64,000 bases of DNA from Desulfobacterales bacterium. GTDB lineage: Bacteria > Desulfobacterota > Desulfobacteria > Desulfobacterales > UBA5852. This document shows positions 38,740 to 48,913 of this stretch, one piece after another (position 1 is the stretch's first letter; each line of letters opens with the position of its first letter). The translations under genes and the position numbers were made by a program. Location of the stretch: the NCBI GenBank assembly GCA_963674755.2, contig CAXXVS010000001.1, positions 1,120,001 to 1,184,000 on the forward strand, given 5' to 3'. Below the pieces are notes generated by a model. It saw only the letters and a program-made list of their open reading frames with translations. It did not search any database and was not told the origin of the DNA.

Positions 38740-39315
38740 TTAGGCCATGCCCTTGAATGCATAGAAGGAGAGCGAAACGATGCCCGCCGTAACCAGTGCG
38801 ATGGAGGTGTCCTGCAGAGGGCGAGGCACGCGTGCCAGCAAAATGCGTTCACGAATGCCGGCAAACAGGATCAAAGCCAACCCGAAACCGGCCGCATATG
38901 CAAAGGAGGACACCAGGGTCTGCATGAAATTGTATTCTTTGTCGATATTGATCACGCAGACGCCGAAAACGGCACAGTTGGTGGTGATCAAGGGCAGAAA
39001 AATTCCCAAACCGGCATAGAGGGCCGGGATGCTTTTTTTAAGGAACATCTCTACGAACTGGACCAGGGAGGCAATAACTAAAATAAAGGCGATGGTGCGC
39101 AGATATTCCAGTCCGAGCGGTACCAGCAGATAGGCGAAGATCAGCCAGGTGATAACGCCCGCCAGGACGAGCACGAAGATGACCGCCATCGCCATCCCCA
39201 CGGCCGTTTCCATTTTTTTGGAAGTTCCAAAAAACGGGCAGTTTCCTAGAAACTGCGCCAGCAGGATATTGTTGACGAAGATGCAGCTGATAATCAGAGT
39301 CAAATATTCAGCCAT
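38740..39315 (-). CDS. rnfA: Rnf complex subunit A
   Basis: Motifs NNILLAQFLG.CP and LGIFLPLITTNCAV. Confidence 0.94.
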   Translation of the reverse strand: MAEYLTLIISCIFVNNILLAQFLGNCPFFGTSKKMETAVGMAMAVIFVLVLAGVITWLIFAYLLVPLGLEYLRTIAFILVIASLVQFVEMFLKKSIPALYAGLGIFLPLITTNCAVFGVCVINIDKEYNFMQTLVSSFAYAAGFGLALILFAGIRERILLARVPRPLQDTSIALVTAGIVSLSFYAFKGMA

Positions 39316-39325
39316 AGCCGGTCTC

Positions 39326-39955
39326 CTATTTCTTGCCTGCTATATTCATGAAGCATAGCATGAGTCCCAGACAGAGGAAGGCGCCCGGAGCCTGGACGAC
39401 GAATTCAAAAGGCTGGAATCCGGGGAAAAACTTCGCCACATCAAAAATCGGCCCATCAAAAAGGGGGGAGCCCCAGAGGGTCAGCGTTCCCGCGCCCAGC
39501 AGTTCGCGAAGGGCACCTAAAGCCCCTAAGGCCAGGGTGTAGCCGATGCCGATACCCAGCCCGTCGGCCGTGGAATAAATCACGTTGTTCTTGGAGGCGA
39601 ATGCTTCGGCCCTGCCCAGCACGATGCAGTTGACCACAATCAGGGGGATAAAGACCCCCAGATCGAGAAAAAGCTTGTAGGTGTAAGCCTGCATAAGCAA
39701 CTCGACCAGGGTCACAAAGGTTGCGATAACAATGATGTAGCAGGCGATGCGCACTTTTGAGGGGATGACCTTGCGCAACAGGGATACCAAAATGTTGGAG
39801 CATACCAGAACGAACGTCGTTGCCAGCCCCATGCCGATGCCGAACTGCATTTTGGTGGTTACCCCCAGCGTCGGACACAGGCCCAGTACCAGACGAAACG
39901 GCGGGACTTCCTCCCAAAGGCCTTTCAGAAATTCATGGGTCAAGGATTTCGCCAT
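39326..39955 (-). CDS. rnfE: Rnf complex subunit E
   Basis: Motifs LGLCPTL, FIPLIVVNCIVLGRAE and PGAF. Confidence 0.94.
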   Translation of the reverse strand: MAKSLTHEFLKGLWEEVPPFRLVLGLCPTLGVTTKMQFGIGMGLATTFVLVCSNILVSLLRKVIPSKVRIACYIIVIATFVTLVELLMQAYTYKLFLDLGVFIPLIVVNCIVLGRAEAFASKNNVIYSTADGLGIGIGYTLALGALGALRELLGAGTLTLWGSPLFDGPIFDVAKFFPGFQPFEFVVQAPGAFLCLGLMLCFMNIAGKK

Positions 39956-39968
39956 GGGGATCTCCCTA

Positions 39969-40562
39969 TCACTTATCTTCGTTAAGTTTTTCTTCGATCT
40001 GGGGTTTTAGCCGCTCGTAAAGTTGGCCTGCCTCTGTAGCGGCCAGGCAGACGGCACGCGAAGTAAAGGTGGCGCCGCTCAAGGCATTGACTTTGCCGCC
40101 GTCTCCGGTAATTTGGATGGGCTGGGTGACGTCCATGCCGTCAAACTGCGCTGCAAATTTCGGATCGGATTTCGCGCGCCCTCCGAGACTGGGGGTTTCA
40201 GAGCTGGTGGTGACGCTGACCCCGTAGATTTTGTCGGTATTCACATCGATACCGACCATGAGCCCCACAGGACCTCCGTATCCTCCCTTGCCAAGGGCTT
40301 CGAGCGCGACGGCCTTGGGTTTGCCGTCGAATTTGGCCACGAAGACAGCAACCTTTTGCTCGCCATCGGTCAGGGTAAAGCGATCGGTCACAGGGTTATT
40401 GGAAGCGCCGGCAAAAATTTTTGCGACCGCCGGCCCCTGGACCAGTTGCAGCACCTGATTCTCGATTTGCTCTTTAGTGCCTTCTTTTACGTAGGCCAGC
40501 AAACCGCCGGACAGCGAACTTAGAAGGGTGAGCACGACCACCATTTTTATCATTTCGCCCAT
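39969..40562 (-). CDS. rnfG: Rnf complex subunit G
   Basis: N-terminal TM, GYGG, ETPSLG and SGAT (FMN attachment Thr). Confidence 0.92.
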   Translation of the reverse strand: MGEMIKMVVVLTLLSSLSGGLLAYVKEGTKEQIENQVLQLVQGPAVAKIFAGASNNPVTDRFTLTDGEQKVAVFVAKFDGKPKAVALEALGKGGYGGPVGLMVGIDVNTDKIYGVSVTTSSETPSLGGRAKSDPKFAAQFDGMDVTQPIQITGDGGKVNALSGATFTSRAVCLAATEAGQLYERLKPQIEEKLNEDK

Positions 40563-40563
40563 C

Positions 40564-41523
40564 TTATCCCACCTTTCCCAGTGCTTTTGGTCTGATTTTA
40601 TCCAGTAGGGGATTGACGAGATTCATCAGTAAAATTGCGAGAAGCACTCCGTCGGTATAAACGCCGATATTGCGTATGAGCATGGTCAGGACCCCGGCGC
40701 CAGCCCCGTAGATCAGCATCGGGACGGGGTTGACCGGAGAAGAGGAATCTTCCGGCAGCAGAAAGAAGGCGCCGATGAGAGTATAGCCGGTCAGAAGATG
40801 GAAAAGCGGGCCGGCATATTGATCGGGCGCGGCCAGGTGAAATATCAATGCCGTCAGGAAGATGCCTACCAGAAATGAGAAGGCGATTTCCCAGCGGATA
40901 TAGCGCTTGGCCATGAGATAGAGGCCGCCGCCGATCAAGCCGAGACCGAAAGCGGTGCCGATCCCCCCGACCTGCCGTCCCAGCAAAAGGTTCAAAGTGG
41001 TAAAATCCGACAGGGCGGACGGACCGAAATTCTTGGAGGCCGTCAGGGGGTAGATGGCATTGAACGAGAAGTTGTAGTTGACCAGGGCGCCGTTGATATC
41101 GAGAAACGCGCCCCATGAGACAGTCAGGATCATCACCGCCACCACGACCGGGTGAAACGGGTTGCTGCCGATCCCGCCGAACACGTGCTTGCCGATCACC
41201 ATCATGATAAAGGTTCCGGTGGCGACGATCCACCAGGGCGTTGTGGCCGGTATCAGCATGGCGAAGAGCAACCCCAGCAGGGCGGCGTTGCCGTCAGCGA
41301 TGGTGATGGCCCGCTGGGTAACCCGGTTCATCATCCATTCCCAGAAAATGGCAGTGGATATGGATAGGGTGATGACGCCTACGGCAGGCATGCCGTAGTG
41401 GACGATACCCAGGGCGACGGCCGGCAGAGCCGCCAGGAGCATGCCGATATGCCGTTCCGCTACATTGCTGCCGTTGTGCCAGAAAGGCGCATGCGAGACG
41501 ATGAACATTTTTTCACTGTGCAT
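40564..41523 (-). CDS. rnfD: Rnf complex subunit D
   Basis: Motifs K..FGG.G.NPF, GAFFL and LLMN...PLLD; position in the operon. Confidence 0.9.
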   Translation of the reverse strand: MHSEKMFIVSHAPFWHNGSNVAERHIGMLLAALPAVALGIVHYGMPAVGVITLSISTAIFWEWMMNRVTQRAITIADGNAALLGLLFAMLIPATTPWWIVATGTFIMMVIGKHVFGGIGSNPFHPVVVAVMILTVSWGAFLDINGALVNYNFSFNAIYPLTASKNFGPSALSDFTTLNLLLGRQVGGIGTAFGLGLIGGGLYLMAKRYIRWEIAFSFLVGIFLTALIFHLAAPDQYAGPLFHLLTGYTLIGAFFLLPEDSSSPVNPVPMLIYGAGAGVLTMLIRNIGVYTDGVLLAILLMNLVNPLLDKIRPKALGKVG

Positions 41524-42796
41524 CTGATGCCTCCGCTGCCGTCAGTCGGGAAAGTTCATATTTGGCCAGTCTGATGTACTGAAAGATGGGAATGCGGGCC
41601 ACACACACGAAGCTGCAAAGACCGCAGTCGACACAGGAATAAAGATCATAGAGGTCCGCGCCGTCCTCATACTGCCCCGCTTCGAGAAAGCGTACCAGCA
41701 TGTTGACCGGCACCCGGGCCGGGCAGACCCGCACGCATTCCCCGCAGTTGATGCAGGGGTAGTCCGACACCAGGGAAACATCGGCGGCGTCCTGGACCAG
41801 GATGGCATCGGTATCGGCCTGGATCGGCATTTGAACGTCAAAAATGGCGGAGCCGGTCATGGGGCCGCCGACAATCAGGCGGTCCCTGTCGCCTGTCGTA
41901 ATCCCATGGGCCGTCAGCACATCCGCAATCGGGGTGCCGATCCGGGCCGAAACGATGGTTTTGCGGCCCGTTTTATCGACCAGGGTAACGGTTTTTTCAA
42001 GGGGTACCTGGCCTGTTTCAAAGGCCTTGCCGATGGAGGCTACCGCCTCGGCACTGAAGAAAGCGAACCCCAGTTCTTCGCAGGTTTTACCGGCCGGTAT
42101 CTCACGTCCGAAGGCCTCGTAGATGATGAGTTTGGGGTTGGCCGCGGGGTATTCGGAGGCCACGGCCTTGAGCGCGTCGGCACCGGTATGGCCGAAACCC
42201 TGCACCAGATCACGAGGTACGGCGATGGCCACCTGGCCCACCCCGGTGGCTTCCTTCAAAACATCGATCCCCCGGTTGACGGCATGCATCTCGGACTTGA
42301 TGACAAACTGATTGGTGGCCACCAACAGGTCGGGGTCGATCCCGGCCACCACCAGGGTGTGGATGCCATGGTTCGGCTCTTGAAAGAGGTGCAGGGGGGG
42401 CTTGCCCGGGGTCCCCACCAGCCATTCGGTGAGGTCAGCCAGGGTCGGCGTGAGTTCGCCCGGACCCTCGGCCCATACTTCGGTATCCGCCAGGGTGATA
42501 TCGATGGCGGTAAAATGCTTGCCGAAATCGCCGGCGATGGGACGAATCCCGGCCACCGTACCGGTGACGGTTGAAATGGTATAGGCCGGCCGATCCGTAA
42601 AAGGCGCGATCTTCTGACCGGTCTGTACCGTGTCGCCGGTTTTCAGGGCCAGTTGCGACAGGCGTTCGAGCTTTTCCTCGATTAACAAGGTGGCGGTTTG
42701 CGAACTGCTGACGTGTTGCGGGCCCAATGGGGTTTGGTGAAGCAGTTCGTAATGAAGCGCGGTGGTGGCCGAACGGCTAAATGCATTGTTCTTCAT
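41513..42796 (-). CDS. rnfC: Rnf complex subunit C, divergent
   Basis: Motifs GDTV.TGQ, GGPMTG, CINCGECVRVCP and CVDCGLCSFVC. Confidence 0.85.
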   Translation of the reverse strand: MKNNAFSRSATTALHYELLHQTPLGPQHVSSSQTATLLIEEKLERLSQLALKTGDTVQTGQKIAPFTDRPAYTISTVTGTVAGIRPIAGDFGKHFTAIDITLADTEVWAEGPGELTPTLADLTEWLVGTPGKPPLHLFQEPNHGIHTLVVAGIDPDLLVATNQFVIKSEMHAVNRGIDVLKEATGVGQVAIAVPRDLVQGFGHTGADALKAVASEYPAANPKLIIYEAFGREIPAGKTCEELGFAFFSAEAVASIGKAFETGQVPLEKTVTLVDKTGRKTIVSARIGTPIADVLTAHGITTGDRDRLIVGGPMTGSAIFDVQMPIQADTDAILVQDAADVSLVSDYPCINCGECVRVCPARVPVNMLVRFLEAGQYEDGADLYDLYSCVDCGLCSFVCVARIPIFQYIRLAKYELSRLTAAEASDAQ

Positions 42797-42859
42797 AAGT
42801 TGACCCTTCTGAGCGCAAGGCGGCGAAACACCGTGGAGATTACCGGACCGGTTGCAAAC

Positions 42860-43297
42860 CTATTGGACATGGCATTGCGAACATTCTTTTTCTGTCGGAC
42901 CCGCCCCGATACCGGCGTGACAAGCCGTACACTGTTGATGGAAGGCGTCCGTTTTGGCCGGCAGAACCGTATCCGCAATCTCATCGGCCTCGTGGCAGTC
43001 CAGGCAAAGTTCAGGTTTCGGGGCGTCATCGGCTTGGTTCTTGGGATGGCAATCGCTGCAAGCAATGAGCGCGGCGTCGTCATCGACGGGATGATGATGA
43101 CAATCGTAACAGGAAACCTCGTATCCCACATTATGCTTGGCATGCTGAAACAAAACGCTTCCGGCGGCATTGCGAAACTGGATCCGGATGGGGTCATCAG
43201 GGGGTTTGGAAGGAAAGGCGGCGTAACAGAAAAGACCTACAATGAAGAGAATGACGGCCACGCTGTAGACCAGCTTCAAATTTCTCTCTGAAGTCAT
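42860..43297 (-). CDS. Membrane-anchored class III multiheme cytochrome c (5 CxxCH)
   Basis: N-terminal TM, FQHAKH, and heme motifs CYDCH, CSDCH, CLDCH, CTACH and CSQCH. Confidence 0.9.
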   Translation of the reverse strand: MTSERNLKLVYSVAVILFIVGLFCYAAFPSKPPDDPIRIQFRNAAGSVLFQHAKHNVGYEVSCYDCHHHPVDDDAALIACSDCHPKNQADDAPKPELCLDCHEADEIADTVLPAKTDAFHQQCTACHAGIGAGPTEKECSQCHVQ

Positions 43298-43570
43298 AGT
43301 CAATTCGTTCCTTAATATAGAGGTTACAGGTGCAGTGGGCGCGGCAAACTGAATTAATTCCACTAACACAAGGGGTCACTTTCTGGCAAGTGCTTTTTTT
43401 TAAAGGAAAAATTACGTCCAGGCTAAAACTCTACGAAAAACAAAAAATGATGAAGAATGAAAATTAGCGCTAAAACAGGTGGTTAAAAAAGTGGTGAGTT
43501 GCAGCCGTCGATAGAAAACGAAGGAGAAAATGCGGTGGATAGGGCAGCGAACGTCGTCGGCCGTCATGAT

Positions 43571-45277
43571 TCAGCCGCGGCAGACCCCGCAGCGAGTGCA
43601 GCCGGCAGGGGGACAGGCCGGAGATGTCTTGCCGGCCAGGGCACGCTGGTATTCGTCCCACAAAAAGTCCCGTGCGATGCCGCTGTCGATGAAGTCCCAG
43701 GGGAGAATTTCCGTACGGGGGCGTTCCCGGGCGGCGTGGTAATCCACGTCAATGGCACTGCTTTTGAGGGTCTGGCTCCAATTGCCTCCCAGACGGTAAT
43801 GGGCCTCCAGCAGCTCGGCGATGCGTCGGTCCCCGCGGGCGAGAACGGCCTGGACATAACTGGCCCGAATGTTTTCCATCCGGAAGCGGACATTGGCCAG
43901 GGCTTTGAGGTTGTCGCGCAGGTAGCGGGCTTTGGTCTGCAGCGTCTTGACGGTGTCCATGGCCGCCCATTGAAAGGGGGTCGCGGGTTTGGGAATAAAG
44001 GCGTTGGTATGCACGGTGATGGTGCCGATGCGTCGCCGCTGTCGGCTGGCGTCCAGGAAAACGGATTTGATCTTTCGGCACAGCGCCACAATGGCCTCGA
44101 TGTCTTCCATGGTCTCGGTGGGCAGGCCCACCAGGAAATAGAGCCGGAGATTGGGGACGCCCGTCTGTACGATTTTTTCGGCGGCCTGCAGGATGACGTC
44201 TTCCGTCAGTCCTTTGTTGATGACATTGCGCATTCGTTGGGAACCGGCCTCCGGTGCGATGGTGGCGGTCTTGGCCCGGTTTTTCTGCAATATCCGCAGA
44301 AAGTCATCGGAAAGGGCATCGGCGCGCAGCGAGCTGAAAGACAGACGCAGGCCGGTATCCTCAAAATGACGGCAGATGGTGCTGAGCCCGGGGAAATCGG
44401 ATACGGCCGCCCCCACCAGGCCGACGCGGGCGGTGCGCGCCATGGCTTCCCGGATGCTGTTCTCCAGGAAGGCGGGGTCGCGGAAGCGCGGCGGGCGGTA
44501 GACAAAACCGGCGCTGCAAAAACGGCAGCCATGCGGGCAGCCCCGGCTGACCTCGATCAGGCAGGTGTCCGCAAAGGTGGTATGGGCGGTCAAGACCGTG
44601 GAATCCGTTGCGAGGCAGCGGATATCGGCCAGGTACACCCGATTCACCTTCGCCGGTACGCCGGCCGGCGCTTGAACATGAAGCGGCTGGTGGTCCTCCC
44701 CGCCAGCCAGGTTGTAAGCGGACGGTACATAGGCACCTGGCACGTCGTGGGGCGCACGCTCCAGGAACTGCCGCCGGCCCCGGGCCTGGCGGTAGCAGTC
44801 CATGAAAGCCGGCAAGATAGCCTCCGCCTCGCCGATGAGCACCAGGTCCGCGAAGGGGGCCAAGGGCTCGGGATTGAGCATGGCAGCGATACCGCCGATC
44901 ACGACGAGGGGATGGGCGGCATCCCGGTCCTGGGCGCGCAGGGGTATCCCGGCCTGTCCCAGGATCTGCAAGAGATGGGGATAGTCGTTTTCAAACGAAA
45001 CGGAAAAAGCGACCATATCGAAATCGGTCATGGAACGGCCGCTTTCGATAGACACCGGTCGGGCCTCAGGCGGGTCCGGAAGGCAAAAACGTTCGCAAAC
45101 CACATCTTCGAGGTCGTTGAACTGGCGGTAAACCGTCTGGTAGCCGAGGTTGGACATGGCCAGGGCATAGCCCTGGGGAAAAGCCAGACCCACATGGATG
45201 CGGCCGGGCCATGCTTTGCGGATGACACCGGATTCCTCGGGGGACGTGCGAATGGCAGGCGAGCGGCGTTTCTTCAT
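43571..45277 (-). CDS. Radical SAM protein with N-terminal B12-binding-like domain
   Basis: Motifs MSNLGYQ, RGCPHGCRFC, APEAGSQRMR..INK and PKPATPFQW. Confidence 0.88.
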   Translation of the reverse strand: MKKRRSPAIRTSPEESGVIRKAWPGRIHVGLAFPQGYALAMSNLGYQTVYRQFNDLEDVVCERFCLPDPPEARPVSIESGRSMTDFDMVAFSVSFENDYPHLLQILGQAGIPLRAQDRDAAHPLVVIGGIAAMLNPEPLAPFADLVLIGEAEAILPAFMDCYRQARGRRQFLERAPHDVPGAYVPSAYNLAGGEDHQPLHVQAPAGVPAKVNRVYLADIRCLATDSTVLTAHTTFADTCLIEVSRGCPHGCRFCSAGFVYRPPRFRDPAFLENSIREAMARTARVGLVGAAVSDFPGLSTICRHFEDTGLRLSFSSLRADALSDDFLRILQKNRAKTATIAPEAGSQRMRNVINKGLTEDVILQAAEKIVQTGVPNLRLYFLVGLPTETMEDIEAIVALCRKIKSVFLDASRQRRRIGTITVHTNAFIPKPATPFQWAAMDTVKTLQTKARYLRDNLKALANVRFRMENIRASYVQAVLARGDRRIAELLEAHYRLGGNWSQTLKSSAIDVDYHAARERPRTEILPWDFIDSGIARDFLWDEYQRALAGKTSPACPPAGCTRCGVCRG

Positions 45278-45514
45278 GGGGGTCTGATTTTCCGGGGCCT
45301 CGGCGCCGGTTTCAGCCGGCAGCGTCGTTAAATGGCCGCCATCGGCCGTCCTGACGGGGGGGGACCGCAGGACGCCGAACACGATCCATATCTTTGCTTC
45401 AGCATAACGGCTGCCGGACGAAAGTCAATGCAACCCGCGCGGGAGGTTGGCGCGCAGGGTAATACGTGCCGGCACCGCCGCAAGCCCCGGAAAATCAGGG
45501 GGGGAGCAGGGCAA

Positions 45515-46699
45515 TCAGTCCGCTTTGCGTCGCAGAAAGGTCGGAACGTCCAGATCGCTTTCATCGATGGCTTCGCTGTCGAAGCCGCCATAGGAGGATC
45601 CCATGCCCCCGCCGGCCACCTTGCGCCGGCGCATGAAGGCCGGTTCGTCGTAATCCACGACATTTTTCAGGTCGTCGGCCGTCACCGGGCGCAACTTGCC
45701 GCCGTAGGTTTCGTCCACGACTTTCACCGGCGCCTCTTCCTTGTCCTTTTCGCCGATTCCGGTAGCAATCACGGTGACGCGCATTTCATCGCCCAGACTG
45801 TCGTCCACCACCGTGCCCCAGATGATGTCGGCCTCTTCGCCCACCTCGTTGTAGATGCGGTCCGAAGCCTCGGTCATTTCTTCCATGGTCAGTTCACTCG
45901 TGCTGGTGATATTCATCAGCACGCCGCGGGCGCCGCTGATGGAGACGTCTTCCAGGAGCGGATGGGAAATGGCCCGTTCGGCGGCTTCCACAGCCCGGTT
46001 CTCGCCGCTGGCCGAACCGATGCCCATGATGGCCATGCCGGCCTTGGACATGGTGGCCTTCACGTCGGCGAAGTCCAGGTTCACCAGACCCGGCATCATG
46101 ATGAGGTCGGTGATGCCCTTGACGGAATGCAGGAGCACTTCATCCGCCCGGCGAAACATTTCCAGCATGGTGGCCTTCTTGGAGGCCAGTCCGCGCAGGC
46201 GGTCGTTGTTGATGGTGATGGCGGTATCGGCCATCTGCTTCAGCGTATCCAAACCGTGATCGGCCTGGCGGGAGCGTTTCTTGCCTTCGAAGGAGAAGGG
46301 TTTGGATACCACCGCCACGGTCAGAATGCCCAGTTCCTTGCAGATTTCGCCAATCACGGGGGCCGCCCCGGTACCGGTGCCGCCGCCCAGTCCGGCGGTG
46401 ATGAACACCATGTGGCTGCCTTCCAGGGCGCTGCGGATGGCATCGGCCGTTTCGATGGCGGCCTCCCGCCCGATGTCGGGATTGGCCCCGGCGCCCAGCC
46501 CTTCCGTCAGGCGTTCTCCCAGTTGAATCTTGACAGGCGCCTTGGAGACTTCCAGGGCCTGGGCATCGGTGTTGGCGGCAATAAATTTCACCCCCTGGAG
46601 ATTCGATGAAATCATGTTGTTAATGGCGTTGCCGCCGGCACCGCCCACCCCGATCACCTTGATTTTGGCCGAGTTTTCATTGTCGACATAGGTAAACAT
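45515..46699 (-). CDS. ftsZ: Cell division protein FtsZ
   Basis: Motifs GGGTGTG and NLDFADV; C-terminal DVPTFLR. Confidence 0.98.
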   Translation of the reverse strand: MFTYVDNENSAKIKVIGVGGAGGNAINNMISSNLQGVKFIAANTDAQALEVSKAPVKIQLGERLTEGLGAGANPDIGREAAIETADAIRSALEGSHMVFITAGLGGGTGTGAAPVIGEICKELGILTVAVVSKPFSFEGKKRSRQADHGLDTLKQMADTAITINNDRLRGLASKKATMLEMFRRADEVLLHSVKGITDLIMMPGLVNLDFADVKATMSKAGMAIMGIGSASGENRAVEAAERAISHPLLEDVSISGARGVLMNITSTSELTMEEMTEASDRIYNEVGEEADIIWGTVVDDSLGDEMRVTVIATGIGEKDKEEAPVKVVDETYGGKLRPVTADDLKNVVDYDEPAFMRRRKVAGGGMGSSYGGFDSEAIDESDLDVPTFLRRKAD

Positions 46700-46781
46700 A
46701 GTTCCCCCCTATTCGTGTTACGATGGTTTGGCACGGCGCTGGCCCGATGGGCGCAATACATCGCCGGCCAATGGTTGTCGG

Positions 46782-48008
46782 TTAAACCACGTCCTTGAAC
46801 CAGCGTTTCATCTGGGTCACGATGCGGTTGAAGATATTGGCGTCCCGAATCCGGAACTTCTTTTCGGCCTGGTTTTTGGCGCCATAGAGCACCAGGCCGA
46901 CCCCGGTGGCGTACATGGGGTTGTTGACCACATCCACCAGACCGGTGATGCCCTGGGGTTTGCCCAGGCGGGTCTGCAGGTTGAAAACGGATTCGGCGAT
47001 TTCGGTGGTGCCCTCCAGCAGCGAGGTGCCGCCGGTGAGCACCAGGCCGGACGGGAAGCTGTTTTCCAGACCGGCCCGGTAGACTTCCCGCTTGGCCAGG
47101 GAGAAGATCTCCTCCATGCGCGGTTCCAGAATTTCGCCCAGGATCTGGCGGGGCAGCTTGCGGGCTTCCCGTCCGCCCATCCCGGGCACCTCGATCATCT
47201 CATCGGCGCTGACACTGCTGGAAAGGCAGGTGCCGTAACGGGTTTTGATCTTCTCGGCCTCGGCGTGGGGCGCCCGCAGTCCGATGGCGATGTCGTTGGT
47301 CAGATTGTTGCCGCCCAGGGCCAGCACGAAGGTGTGGCGGATGTTCTTGTCCGAGAAGATGGCCAGGTCGGTGGTGCCGCCCCCCAGGTCCAGCAGAGCG
47401 GTTCCCAGTTCCTTTTCTTCGTGGGTCAAGACGGCTTCGCCGGAGGCCAGGGATTCCAGCACGATGTCACAGACATCCAGGCCCGAGCGGTTGCAGCATT
47501 TGACGATGTTGTGGGCCGAGGTGACCGCCCCGGTGACGATGTGGATCTTGGCCTCCAGCCGGACGCCGGCCATCCCCACCGGGTTCTGGATCCCGGCCTG
47601 TTCATCGACGATATACTCCTGGGGCAGAACATGGATCACTTCGCGGTCCATGGGAATAGCCACGGCCCGGGCCGCATCGATGACCCGCTCCACATCGGCC
47701 TCGGTGATTTCGGGCCCCTTGATAGCCACGATGCCGCGGCTGTTGAAGCCGGTGATGTGGCCGCCGGCGATGCCGGTGTAGACCGAGGATATTTCGCAGC
47801 CGGCCATCAATTCGGCTTCTTCGACGGCTTTTTTAATGGAATCCACCGTGGATTCGATATTGACCACCACGCCCTTGCGAAGCCCGATCGACGGGTGGGT
47901 GCCGATGCCGATGATGTTGACGTCCCCCTGGGACATCTCGCCGACCACACAGCAGATTTTGGTCGTCCCGATATCAAGGCCCACGATCAGATTGCCGCGT
48001 CCCTGCAT
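46782..48008 (-). CDS. ftsA: Cell division protein FtsA
   Basis: Motifs GLDIGTTK, DLGGGTTD and LTGG; amphipathic C-terminus. Confidence 0.97.
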   Translation of the reverse strand: MQGRGNLIVGLDIGTTKICCVVGEMSQGDVNIIGIGTHPSIGLRKGVVVNIESTVDSIKKAVEEAELMAGCEISSVYTGIAGGHITGFNSRGIVAIKGPEITEADVERVIDAARAVAIPMDREVIHVLPQEYIVDEQAGIQNPVGMAGVRLEAKIHIVTGAVTSAHNIVKCCNRSGLDVCDIVLESLASGEAVLTHEEKELGTALLDLGGGTTDLAIFSDKNIRHTFVLALGGNNLTNDIAIGLRAPHAEAEKIKTRYGTCLSSSVSADEMIEVPGMGGREARKLPRQILGEILEPRMEEIFSLAKREVYRAGLENSFPSGLVLTGGTSLLEGTTEIAESVFNLQTRLGKPQGITGLVDVVNNPMYATGVGLVLYGAKNQAEKKFRIRDANIFNRIVTQMKRWFKDVV

Positions 48009-48009
48009 C

Positions 48010-48882
48010 CTAAACCTCCTTCCGGGCGTCTTGCGCCGCGCCCGTTTCCATCGGATGGACGATAATCCGGTTGAGATTGTTCAAATCGATTGACGTGAAT
48101 CCGGCTTCGTGTCCGTTTTTACGCAGATAGGCATCGATTCTTTCCAGGGCGGCATACTTTTCATCAAAATCCCCGAACCCCAGCACCACGGTGCGATAGC
48201 CTCCGGGCTGACGCTCGTCGCTCAGGAAGAGGGTCAGGCCCAGGGCCGGATCGGCATGGATTTCACGGATCCGGCCGAGCAGTTCCCGGCGGCGGGAGTT
48301 CTGCCGCGGTTTCAGGATTTGCATTACCGCCCGCAGGATCGCTGTGGGTTCCCCGGCATTTTGTTCCAGATCGGTATACGCCAAGCCGCTGACCACCGGC
48401 ACGTCCAGGGTTTCCCCCGGCGCAAGCTCTTTGAACACCCGGCCCTCATCGCTCATCAGAAACCGGCGGCCCAGATCGAGCACGGCCAGACAGGTGTGTT
48501 CGCGGATGTTGATGCGCAGCCGGTCAGGGATGCTGCGGGAAACCTGGGCCTCCGCAATCCAGGGATCGGCCAGCAGCCGTTTGCGCGTCGTGTTCAGGTT
48601 GACCGCCAAAATGTTGCGGGCCGATTCCAGTCCGGCCTCCTCTTTGACCGCCTCCGGCGTCAGGCGTTCACATCCGCTAACCGCGATGGAGCGGATGCCC
48701 AGCCGTTCGGTCTGGGTGATCCAATCGTAGCCGAAGATCAGCAGCAGGTTGAACAGGACAAAAAGACCGGCGGCCAGAACGACCCGGACGATCCGGCGGG
48801 CTTGGAAAAAATAGGCCGCTACCCGGTTCTTGGACCGTCCCTTATAGGTGTTGCGCCGGATGCGTTTTTTGCGTCGCAGCAT
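48010..48882 (-). CDS. ftsQ: Cell division protein FtsQ/DivIB
   Basis: Basic N-terminus, one TM segment, POTRA-like PWI.EA.VSR.IPD.L.I.IRE; lies before ftsA. Confidence 0.88.
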   Translation of the reverse strand: MLRRKKRIRRNTYKGRSKNRVAAYFFQARRIVRVVLAAGLFVLFNLLLIFGYDWITQTERLGIRSIAVSGCERLTPEAVKEEAGLESARNILAVNLNTTRKRLLADPWIAEAQVSRSIPDRLRINIREHTCLAVLDLGRRFLMSDEGRVFKELAPGETLDVPVVSGLAYTDLEQNAGEPTAILRAVMQILKPRQNSRRRELLGRIREIHADPALGLTLFLSDERQPGGYRTVVLGFGDFDEKYAALERIDAYLRKNGHEAGFTSIDLNNLNRIIVHPMETGAAQDARKEV

Positions 48883-48913
48883 GTCCTGTCCTGTTCCTGT
48901 CCGCCGGTCCGGG

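Noticed and set aside
38637..38864. Small ORF between rnfA and rnfB
   Set aside because: It overlaps rnfA out of frame and has no convincing RBS or motif.
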